In this document: in pieces, positions 36,240-44,252 of the stretch
Position numbering within the stretch: the first letter of the stretch is position 1
How the letters are laid out: the number at the start of each line of letters is the position of its first letter
Sequence record: OQ992562.1
Strand: one strand, 5' to 3'
Length of the DNA stretch: 64,000 bases
Program-made: the position numbers and the translations under genes
Notes under the pieces: model-generated
Database searches by the model: none
Told to the model about the DNA's origin: nothing
What the model saw: the letters and a program-made list of their open reading frames with translations, nothing else

Positions 36240-36752
36240 CTAACTAAAACGAACCACCATTACCTCTGTACCAAAAGTATCTGCAACCCACTGGTTAAAT
36301 TCTTTATCAGTGATACCGCGTAGGTTCAGATTAAATGAGGCATTGTCAACAAGAATATATTTTACAGACGATATTAATTCTTCTTTAATATCTTTTTGAA
36401 TAGATGATTCTTCAGGTTGATGAATATATTTGCGGAGTTGGTGTGTAATTAAACAAGAAACAATATTATCTTTAGCATTCTGGAACTTAGCCAGTACAGC
36501 CTGTTTAATTTTATCTTCTACAAATACAGCTAGACATTCGCCAGGGTGACGATTAGCAAACTCAATCAATGCAGTTGTACTACCACATTGCCGACCTACA
36601 AATAATCCAACAGTCCTGTATTCACGAATAACAATATGACCAATAGAATTAGATCGATAATTAACCCAGTTCTCATTCGTTTTTTGAATTAAAGCATCTA
36701 GGATATCTTGGTACTTTACAATAGTTCTTACAAACGGATTAGAGTTAGTCAT
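36240..36752 (-). CDS. P-loop-like protein with degenerate Walker A
   Basis: TVGLFVGRQCGSTT (compare terminase RQxGKT) and YILVDNAS (Walker B-like). Confidence 0.65.
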   Translation of the reverse strand: MTNSNPFVRTIVKYQDILDALIQKTNENWVNYRSNSIGHIVIREYRTVGLFVGRQCGSTTALIEFANRHPGECLAVFVEDKIKQAVLAKFQNAKDNIVSCLITHQLRKYIHQPEESSIQKDIKEELISSVKYILVDNASFNLNLRGITDKEFNQWVADTFGTEVMVVRFS

Positions 36753-36874
36753 AATAGACTCCTTTATTACAATGTAGCATAGATTCAGTTTTTTAACTGG
36801 AATTAAATGCCGATTTTGAAAAGGTGATAAAACCTTTTCTCATCTATAAATGAATTTATAATAGTAACAATGAA

Positions 36875-36984
36875 TATAACCAGGGGTGGCAAACCCCTGG
36901 CATTTAGACACACTCTATAATAAGTTCTACCACCGAGTGTGTTTAGTGGATAGATTTAAGAATACTTTATTATAGTACTCTTAC
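36875..36984 (-). ncRNA. candidate structured ncRNA or structured leader
   Basis: TATGTA on - strand at 36987-36982, then three hairpins (36959-36982, 36904-36947, 36881-36900). Confidence 0.35.
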
Positions 36985-37036
36985 ATAATATCATCGTGCC
37001 AGTATAATTATCTAAATAGTTATAAATATTATTATT

Positions 37037-38044
37037 TTAATCAATGATTAATGGTGCTAGTTTTACCTGATAGATACCTGATAACAATTGGCTTTTCAAC
37101 ATATATGCTCCACCACCAACTGGCATTTTAGATCCACCTACAATGATCATGCTATTATCCGGACCTTTAGCTATAGATGAAATATTAAGGAATCCGATAC
37201 CTAGTTCAAATGGTTCAGCCCATTTCCGGCGCCTAATATTAAAACGTTGTGCAAACATTTTAGTTACACCGCCGACATCAACAGCGTTAAGGTAATTAAA
37301 ATAGTCCCCATCTACATAACCATTACCTTGCCAGATTGTTCCTTTATCAGCAGGTATAATCATCCAAGGTGTTTGCTCCCATATTAAGGTAGTTGCATTA
37401 TATCGATAAACTTCAAGATTAGGTATGTTCTTTGTATTATCCCAACCACCAAAATGGTAAAAGTAACCATTATAAAAGAATAACTGTTGACCTGAACGAG
37501 CACCACCTGAATAGTCTTGCCCGCTAAGCCAAGACTTACTTGATGGTTTTAATCGCATTGCGTTTACGCCAATTGGGTTAACGCATAGAATAAGATCATT
37601 ACCATCTGATGCGGAGGCTGTGCCCCAAAGTGGTACGGGACCACTATATCGCTCAACCCTATTGCCTGTAGCTATATCAAAATGTTGTATAAAGTTAGAT
37701 GTTCCCGTACCACCATTACCAGCCGAGTTCCATCCAGTAATACCGCCATAAACAATAAAGTTATTCTTATGTAATGTCCCAAATCCTAAAGATACCCCTG
37801 GTAAGAATGTTCCAGAAGCAGTTGCACCTATATCGGCAAATGGCGATATGGTAAAACGTCTGAACACAGTTGCAGCTGTTTGTCCTTCAGTATGATGACC
37901 AGATCCAACATACAGTGTATTTCCATCCACATATGACATTGTACCAGCTAACGCTACAGGTAGATCACCTAATTTAATAATTTCATTAAATCCAACCAAG
38001 GGTAACTCTTCGCCTATATCTGGTGATAATAGTAATTCAAACAT
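37037..38044 (-). CDS. Kelch-repeat beta-propeller protein (probably virion-associated)
   Basis: Repeats of LYVGSG, IVYGG, YHFGGW, IIVGG with downstream Y/W, typical of Kelch blades. Confidence 0.75.
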   Translation of the reverse strand: MFELLLSPDIGEELPLVGFNEIIKLGDLPVALAGTMSYVDGNTLYVGSGHHTEGQTAATVFRRFTISPFADIGATASGTFLPGVSLGFGTLHKNNFIVYGGITGWNSAGNGGTGTSNFIQHFDIATGNRVERYSGPVPLWGTASASDGNDLILCVNPIGVNAMRLKPSSKSWLSGQDYSGGARSGQQLFFYNGYFYHFGGWDNTKNIPNLEVYRYNATTLIWEQTPWMIIPADKGTIWQGNGYVDGDYFNYLNAVDVGGVTKMFAQRFNIRRRKWAEPFELGIGFLNISSIAKGPDNSMIIVGGSKMPVGGGAYMLKSQLLSGIYQVKLAPLIID

Positions 38045-38128
38045 GAGTGTGCTCTCAAGTAAATCATTTTAATTCATAAGATAACCCATGGCAACATAAA
38101 AGAGTAGCCGAAGCTACTCTTTAGAATA

Positions 38129-38204
<76 letters not shown>

Positions 38205-38210
38205 ATTAAA

Positions 38211-38287
38211 TGGCGCGCCCAAGGGGACTCGAACCCCTGACCACCCGCGTGACAGGCGGGTATTCTAACCAACTGAACTATGAGCGC
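38211..38287 (-). tRNA. tRNA-Asp(GUC)
   Basis: cccgc-CTGTCAC-gcggg anticodon arm, GTTCGAGT, CCA end. Confidence 0.95.
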
Positions 38288-38339
38288 AAACGTATGGACA
38301 TGTCTTCCTACATAGTATTACATAACCAGTAATATTTTA

Positions 38340-38687
38340 TTACGGGCGATCAGTCCAGTGCTTGAAATAGTTACCATCCTTGGGACAATCGTACTTAGCA
38401 AGAATATTTTTAAGTTCTTCGCCGGACAACTTAATACTATCGCCTACTGGGCTATCCAGTTCAGGGCAAGGTTCAGTTTTACGTGTAATGATTAAATTAT
38501 CAGTCCCATCTTTGAAGATAAAGATAAACTGCGTTTCATTAGCACTAATCTTTTTCTTAACGCAATGCTTTACTTCTGGATGTTTCTTGTGGATCACTAC
38601 AAAAGATTCAACAAGAGTTAGCTTTATAAACTCAGGGCTAATAAATGTGAAATATACAGCGCTCTGCGTTGGGGTTAGATGATCCAT
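38340..38687 (-). CDS. hypothetical protein
   Basis: 115 aa ORF, GGAG RBS. Confidence 0.7.
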   Translation of the reverse strand: MDHLTPTQSAVYFTFISPEFIKLTLVESFVVIHKKHPEVKHCVKKKISANETQFIFIFKDGTDNLIITRKTEPCPELDSPVGDSIKLSGEELKNILAKYDCPKDGNYFKHWTDRP

Positions 38688-38689
38688 AT

Positions 38690-38977
38690 TTACTCCGTAT
38701 GTTTGAGATAGGCTTTAACTGCTTTAAGACCTTTATTAAAGAACATAGCTTCAACATAAGTAATGTTACTTACATCCTCGCCGATAAGTTCCCATTTGAT
38801 GCAACGTGTAACAGCGTTGATTGTAATATCTAATCCGTTTGGGAATAGGGTTACTTCATCGGTCAGGTGAATCCAATCGGGAGCCTTCGCTCCATTACGT
38901 AAACGGGGACTAAAAGTAAGATTATAAAGTGTTTGTAATGGTTGTCTCAATAGTTCTTTTTGTTCTTGATGTTCCAT
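38690..38977 (-). CDS. hypothetical protein
   Basis: Start moved to MEHQEQ after AGGA. Confidence 0.7.
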   Translation of the reverse strand: MEHQEQKELLRQPLQTLYNLTFSPRLRNGAKAPDWIHLTDEVTLFPNGLDITINAVTRCIKWELIGEDVSNITYVEAMFFNKGLKAVKAYLKHTE

Positions 38978-38985
38978 GTATTTTC

Positions 38986-39207
38986 CTAGAGACATTTAAA
39001 AATATAAATAGAATGGTTATCTCTTTCGGTTATCTTTAGAGTATTCTCATTTCGAATAACTTCAAGAGACTTGTATTTATGTTCCAGAATATCCAGATGA
39101 GAAATACACTGTTCCCTATTTTCAAATAGGATATTACTTTCATTAGTCGAAATGAGACCAAATAATCCAACTTTGATAGATAATACCAACATTATTACTG
39201 TATTCAT
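38986..39207 (-). CDS. small protein with N-terminal hydrophobic segment
   Basis: Start MNTVIMLVLSIKVGLFGLIS after GAGGA. Confidence 0.65.
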   Translation of the reverse strand: MNTVIMLVLSIKVGLFGLISTNESNILFENREQCISHLDILEHKYKSLEVIRNENTLKITERDNHSIYIFKCL

Positions 39208-39259
39208 GTTTTCCTCAATGAGACAGTATAAAACCTCCCCCAAGTGGGAGGCTAGTATA

Positions 39260-39336
39260 TGGTGGGCCCAGCAGGACTTGAACCTGCGACCAAGCGATTA
39301 TGAGTCGCCTGCTCTAACCAACTGAGCTATAGGCCC
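39260..39336 (-). tRNA. tRNA with CAU anticodon, most likely tRNA-Ile2 (lysidine) rather than Met
   Basis: GAGCAGGCGACTCATAATCGCTTGGTCGC as in ileX-type tRNAs; C4:G69 and C5:G68; no initiator features. Confidence 0.85.
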
Positions 39337-39343
39337 TTTTTAT

Positions 39344-39637
39344 TTATTCTGGTAAGAATGTTCCATCTTTTTGACGGACTAATACACCTGACCATTTGAA
39401 TGTATTTGTATCACTAGCAGGGCACTCTCTAATTACATTGGTTCTAAATGTGCCATGTGGATAGGTTACAGTGAATGTAATATGGTTATTACAAACATGT
39501 AATACAGAAGACTTTGCTTCTGTTAGATAGTGTAAGCCTTGAGCTAATTGAATATTAGTTAATTCAGGGTCACTAAGAATAGCGTAAAGAGCTGTTCCTA
39601 TAATTTGATGTTCCCATGATATCCATTTATTATCCAT
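39344..39637 (-). CDS. hypothetical protein
   Basis: 97 aa ORF, AGGA RBS. Confidence 0.7.
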   Translation of the reverse strand: MDNKWISWEHQIIGTALYAILSDPELTNIQLAQGLHYLTEAKSSVLHVCNNHITFTVTYPHGTFRTNVIRECPASDTNTFKWSGVLVRQKDGTFLPE

Positions 39638-39658
39638 CCTATTTACCTATTATTAAAA

Positions 39659-39734
39659 TGGTCGGAGTGGGGAGACTCGAACTCCCGACATCCTGCTCCC
39701 AAAGCAGGCGCGCTACCAACTGCGCTACACTCCG
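39659..39734 (-). tRNA. tRNA-Pro(UGG)
   Basis: CGGAGTGTAGCGCAG...cctgc-TTTGGGA-gcagg...CCA. Confidence 0.95.
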
Positions 39735-39743
39735 TATTTAAAT

Positions 39744-39828
39744 TGGTGCCCGAAGTCGGATTCGAACCGACAAGACCGTAGCCGGAAGATTTTAAGTCTT
39801 CTGTGTTTACCAATTTCACCATTCGGGC
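39744..39828 (-). tRNA. tRNA-Leu(UAA)
   Basis: 85 nt with long variable arm, gaaga-CTTAAAA-tcttc, CCA end. Confidence 0.95.
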
Positions 39829-39886
39829 ATTGTGCTTCAATACATAACATGTAATGCTAGGTATTTTATTACAACTTATTTTAAAT

Positions 39887-40339
39887 TCAACGTGGCCATT
39901 GTAAAGAAGTTATCTTATTACCATTAATGTAGACATCGGTCACTTCGCACCAATCATTAATTCTGTGTTCAATAATTGGAACATCATTTCGGCCAGCCAC
40001 TCCAATCATATTCCATTTAACATAAATATTCATTAGATCAATTGTTAATTTCTCTTTTATGAGTTTAGGAGAAATTAATTTAATATTATTAATGTTAAAG
40101 AAGTAATTATTAACTTCTTCTAAATATTCATTAGTATTAGTAGTACTAACTTTGCCTTCATGTTCAAGTGAGGATGGTTTATTCTGATTTACAATATTGC
40201 TCACTAGACTTCTTAAAACGGCACTTGCCCTACCAGCTTCGCGTCTTTTATACTTATCATAGTCTTTTACATTAGCTGCAATTTTATCAAATTCTTTTTG
40301 GGCATAGATTAGCCCTGGTAAAAGTTCATTTTTGATCAT
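39887..40339 (-). CDS. hypothetical protein
   Basis: 150 aa ORF. Confidence 0.7.
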   Translation of the reverse strand: MIKNELLPGLIYAQKEFDKIAANVKDYDKYKRREAGRASAVLRSLVSNIVNQNKPSSLEHEGKVSTTNTNEYLEEVNNYFFNINNIKLISPKLIKEKLTIDLMNIYVKWNMIGVAGRNDVPIIEHRINDWCEVTDVYINGNKITSLQWPR

Positions 40340-40394
40340 TTTATAATTACTCTATGTTGTTTATACATATTTTAATATACATACGTAAAAACAA

Positions 40395-40537
40395 AATATA
40401 AAGCCTCCCCGAAGGGAGGCGATATATCGTCATTAATGCCCAGCAAAGAGTTTTACTCTCTGGGAGCCAGTTGGAAGGGGGACTGGCTCCGATCTATTAT
40501 GACTAATGTAGAAACAAGGGGGAGGGATTATTTCTAC
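40395..40537 (-). ncRNA. candidate sRNA with C-rich loops
   Basis: TATG(TAG) at 40540-40537; hairpins 40507-40538 and 40463-40490, third stem about 40438-40464; UUCG terminator 40403-40420. Confidence 0.55.
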
Positions 40538-40552
40538 ATAATATTAGATACA

Positions 40553-42493
40553 TTACTGGTAGTTTTCATTACCCATTGCTAACCTACCTTTTATAGACCG
40601 ATCTACCCATTTTGCGGCGGCCTCCATGATATCAATGAATGAGTGGTATTGCCGCATTTTATTAACTTCCATCACATCATCATCAATCCCAGGGCCAAAG
40701 CATGCGAATAACAAATCATTCCAATCATAGTAATCGATACCAGCTATTGGACTAGGGTTATCCAACATATCGTAGATTAGTCCTTCCAGTGGATCTGGTA
40801 AATCAGGGAACTTGAAGCTAAGAGTTATCTGACGTTCCAATGCCGATATAATTAAGTTCATGGCCTTAGCTGCTTCTTCTTCAGTAAGAGCTTTGAGTTT
40901 ACTATCAGTAGATGGATATTTCGCGACCACGGTGCGAGGTGAATTATAGGTACCCTTACCTGTAATAGTACCGGCAGGCCATTTAACACTAGTCTTGAAT
41001 CCAGCACGTGCCTTGTCTACGATAGCCTTTGCTTCTTTGTATACGTTAGCGTCTAGGTTATGTGCATTCTTAATGAGTAGATCCAATGCAGGTTTAGTCT
41101 TCTGCCTGTAAGACTCCATTTCGCGATTAGACTTTTCTTCGAGTTTGAAGAATGGTTCTACTGCACGAATGGCATCCTCGATACTGACTTTACCATTAAT
41201 ACTCAGTACGTTAGCTATACCATTACTATTGATATCGCCAGTAACGAATACCTGCTTATTAAGCCATTGTGGATTGCCAAATGTAGATTCTAGTTGTTCC
41301 AGAAATCCTCTTGCACTGGACGATGAACGCCAGATACGTTTCTGATCACCTCGATTAGAAATGCCAAGAACTTTTTTGATTGAATCGATAAGACCTTCAT
41401 TTGAGACTTGTATAAAACCGGGAGTATTAATGATGGACTTCTCTACATACCCGCCACGAATAACCCGATTTATAAAACCATTAAGACCACTACCAGTTTC
41501 GGCCATATCTTTCATGATTTCTATATTCGTTTCACCGGCACTTTGGGCATTGTATAAATAATAAGAACCATCTTTGAATTTCAGTATAATCCAGTCATCC
41601 CCAGTTAGATATGAATCAATATTACTATCATTCATACTTTGATATTTAATGAATTCTGGATTAGTACTTAATACTTCTTCAATGAATTCTTCTAATGCCG
41701 CAGAATTATTAATAGCATCAACCGGTAGAATTTCACCATCAATGGGTTCAGTAGTTGGACCAGTAACAATGGCAGGTAACGGATCCTCCTCTACAATAAC
41801 AGTTTCTTCCACTGGTAGAGCACCGCAAGATAAATCAATTAGTTTATTAAAACTACTAATGATCTCACCAAGTGCTACAAGAACTGCTGGCTGTTCAACT
41901 TGTTCAACTTTAGCAATACCAGTTTCTGTAAATTCTTCAGTAATTCGGTTATAGACTTCCACTAATTGATTAGTAAGCTCTGCTACTTTTGGCAGAGTCT
42001 GCTTAGACAGAGGTTCAACTACAGTTGTATCTGCTTCAACAAAAATAGAGTCATCTTCTTCTAAACGGCTAGTATTAGCTGAGCCAGCTGTGAAGTTATA
42101 AGGCATATCTTGAATTACTTCATTAATTTCAGATGCCTCCATATCTTCATTTAGACGACCACTATAAGTACGCATCATACCTTCTGCTTCTTTAATAGTG
42201 GAATGCGCTAAGCGTCCCCAATCACCACGCATAATACCGCGCTCGGTAAGACCGCGTGCAGCTGAACCAAGATCAATAGGTTCTTCAATAAATGATTGTT
42301 CTTCAACCCACTCTTCATTACTGTAACATTCTTTTAGAATGGTTTTAAATTTAGTACTAAAGGGTTGTAGAATCTTTTTATCTACTTGTTCAACATTTGT
42401 TTTAAAGTGTTCTAGACTTGGTGTAGCTTTTGAAGATACTTTTTCAGTACCGCTATATAGCGTACGGTTTAGGAAGTTTAGCATTTTATTCAT
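40553..42493 (-). CDS. phiKZ gp303-like internal head protein
   Basis: 646 aa; several S/A/G-x-E head-protease-type sites (SLE, ALE, SNE, GNE); position next to the nrdB operon as recalled for phiKZ. Confidence 0.7.
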   Translation of the reverse strand: MNKMLNFLNRTLYSGTEKVSSKATPSLEHFKTNVEQVDKKILQPFSTKFKTILKECYSNEEWVEEQSFIEEPIDLGSAARGLTERGIMRGDWGRLAHSTIKEAEGMMRTYSGRLNEDMEASEINEVIQDMPYNFTAGSANTSRLEEDDSIFVEADTTVVEPLSKQTLPKVAELTNQLVEVYNRITEEFTETGIAKVEQVEQPAVLVALGEIISSFNKLIDLSCGALPVEETVIVEEDPLPAIVTGPTTEPIDGEILPVDAINNSAALEEFIEEVLSTNPEFIKYQSMNDSNIDSYLTGDDWIILKFKDGSYYLYNAQSAGETNIEIMKDMAETGSGLNGFINRVIRGGYVEKSIINTPGFIQVSNEGLIDSIKKVLGISNRGDQKRIWRSSSSARGFLEQLESTFGNPQWLNKQVFVTGDINSNGIANVLSINGKVSIEDAIRAVEPFFKLEEKSNREMESYRQKTKPALDLLIKNAHNLDANVYKEAKAIVDKARAGFKTSVKWPAGTITGKGTYNSPRTVVAKYPSTDSKLKALTEEEAAKAMNLIISALERQITLSFKFPDLPDPLEGLIYDMLDNPSPIAGIDYYDWNDLLFACFGPGIDDDVMEVNKMRQYHSFIDIMEAAAKWVDRSIKGRLAMGNENYQ

Positions 42494-42548
42494 GTCTACT
42501 CTCTCGTTGATGACTGTTAATAAGAGTGCTATAGAATTGTTAGCATAA

Positions 42549-42570
42549 ACCCTCCCAATTAAGGGAGGGT
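42549..42570. repeat. 22 bp palindromic terminator, identical copy at 44223-44244
   Basis: accctcccaattaagggagggt twice. Confidence 0.85.
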
Positions 42571-42578
42571 CATTATGT

Positions 42579-42992
42579 CTACATTATATCTCGTGTACCA
42601 TCATTCATTTCAACAACAGTGACTTTATCACCAACCTTTGGTTTTTCATTGGTAACTGTTTGAACCATGTACTGCTTGCCATCTGTATTAACAATCAGTT
42701 TACATTGAAATGTTTCAGTAGCACTAACATTATTACCGACTGCGCCGCCTGCGGCACCACCGATTAAACCACCTACCCAACCTCCAGATTTACCAAAGAT
42801 TGCTCGACCTAACACAGCGCCTGCGGTGGCTCCAACCGCACCTCCAACAGTAGTGCCGACAACACTACTATCTTTAGCAACTAGCTGACATTCTGAATGT
42901 GCAATAATACCATCTGTAGTTGATTTTACTTCAGTTGCTGCAAATAGGACAGTGGACCACATTAAAACTACGAATGCGATAATCTTAATCAT
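42579..42992 (-). CDS. exported glycine-zipper 2TM protein (SlyB/17 kDa antigen-like)
   Basis: Signal peptide ending LFA; GTTVGGAVGATAGAVLG...GGLIGGAAGGAVGNNV; C-terminal PKVGDKVTV. Confidence 0.8.
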   Translation of the reverse strand: MIKIIAFVVLMWSTVLFAATEVKSTTDGIIAHSECQLVAKDSSVVGTTVGGAVGATAGAVLGRAIFGKSGGWVGGLIGGAAGGAVGNNVSATETFQCKLIVNTDGKQYMVQTVTNEKPKVGDKVTVVEMNDGTRDIM

Positions 42993-44152
42993 AAGAAGTC
43001 AACCTCAAATTCTTCTTCTTCACCAACATCATTTACAACGTTGACCATGTAATCAGGCTTCTCTTCTTCCTGAGGAGATGCTTGGGTTGATGAAATATCT
43101 AGGTAGTCTTCCATATAAAGAAGTGGGTTCTTCTCTGGCCAAACAAAATCAAATCCAGCTGATTCTTTAAACTCCACTTGATACTGTTCTACAACATCAT
43201 TTTCAATACTTAGGAATGTTGCTGCGGCATTAGCATTGAAAAGTACCCAGTTAATAAGTTTAGTCGCATTAACACCAGTTAGTTCACGACCTTCAGAGAA
43301 TAGATAATTAACCCAGGTAACTTCAGTCTTTACAATTTCCCATAGTAGTTCAATGATTTTATCTTTACATTGACTGTAAGCGAGTTTACCGCGTTCAGTT
43401 GCCAGTAGTGCACGAATAACTTCTTGTCCATATTGTGCATGGATTTCGAATTCGTCTTGGGCAATTTTCTTAACAGCGGCTGCAATTTGCTGGAATGCAC
43501 CAGTACGACCAATAGCAAAGGTTACTGCAAAGGATGCCATGAACTGGATACGTTCTAGGAAATATAGAGCGATGAAGAACATGAATACTTTATTGTAAAG
43601 TTCTTGATCATTGGGTACCTGATTAAGAGCATACGCATGAACTGCGTCATGTGCTTCACCCATAGTGCGGGCTACTGCAACCATTCGTTCTTGTGCTTCT
43701 TCTACCCTAAGAATTTCGTCTAGAATAACTTTAGGATCTTTAAAGCTATTACGTACAATTTCAGAATAAGTTAAAGCATGTACGTCTTCATTATCATTAA
43801 TACGTACATATCCCGCCCATACTCGTGAATCTGTCATGACAGGTGATAGAATATTAACAATGGAACGACTGGCTACAGAGTCAGCTTCCCATTGCCAGGC
43901 CAGTGTCTTAATCATCATGTCATAAGTTGATTTATCACACGTTTCAAATTCTACTAGACAAGTGGAAAAGTCAAATTCTAGCTCATCCCAATCAAGCATC
44001 TTTAGACGCTTATATAGCTCCCACATTTTAGGATAATGAGTGTGGATTGAATCTAGTAGACCTGGATCATCTCCAAGAATAATTTCCGGTAGATGATAAT
44101 CACTCTTAGCAACATTGAAGATTTTCTTTGGTAGTTGAGATTTAGTAGACAT
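42989..44152 (-). CDS. nrdB: ribonucleotide reductase class Ia beta subunit
   Basis: NEDVHALTY (ExxH plus radical Tyr), FLERIQFMASF, DEFEIH, C-terminal SPQE. Confidence 0.95.
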   Translation of the reverse strand: MSTKSQLPKKIFNVAKSDYHLPEIILGDDPGLLDSIHTHYPKMWELYKRLKMLDWDELEFDFSTCLVEFETCDKSTYDMMIKTLAWQWEADSVASRSIVNILSPVMTDSRVWAGYVRINDNEDVHALTYSEIVRNSFKDPKVILDEILRVEEAQERMVAVARTMGEAHDAVHAYALNQVPNDQELYNKVFMFFIALYFLERIQFMASFAVTFAIGRTGAFQQIAAAVKKIAQDEFEIHAQYGQEVIRALLATERGKLAYSQCKDKIIELLWEIVKTEVTWVNYLFSEGRELTGVNATKLINWVLFNANAAATFLSIENDVVEQYQVEFKESAGFDFVWPEKNPLLYMEDYLDISSTQASPQEEEKPDYMVNVVNDVGEEEEFEVDFL

Positions 44153-44222
44153 ATCAGTTCCTTTACAATTTAAAAATATTTCTTACAATAAATAATAGAG
44201 GTTAGTATAAATTGGGAATAAC

Positions 44223-44244
44223 ACCCTCCCAATTAAGGGAGGGT
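44223..44244. repeat. 22 bp palindromic terminator between nrdA and nrdB
   Basis: Identical to 42549-42570. Confidence 0.85.
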
Positions 44245-44252
44245 GTATACAC

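Noticed and set aside
39643-39840. 65 aa - strand ORF in the track
   Set aside because: It overlaps tRNA-Pro and tRNA-Leu entirely and is a translation of tRNA sequence
41145-42548. + strand ORFs opposite the gp303-like gene
   Set aside because: Antisense shadows with low-complexity Ser/Thr-rich translation
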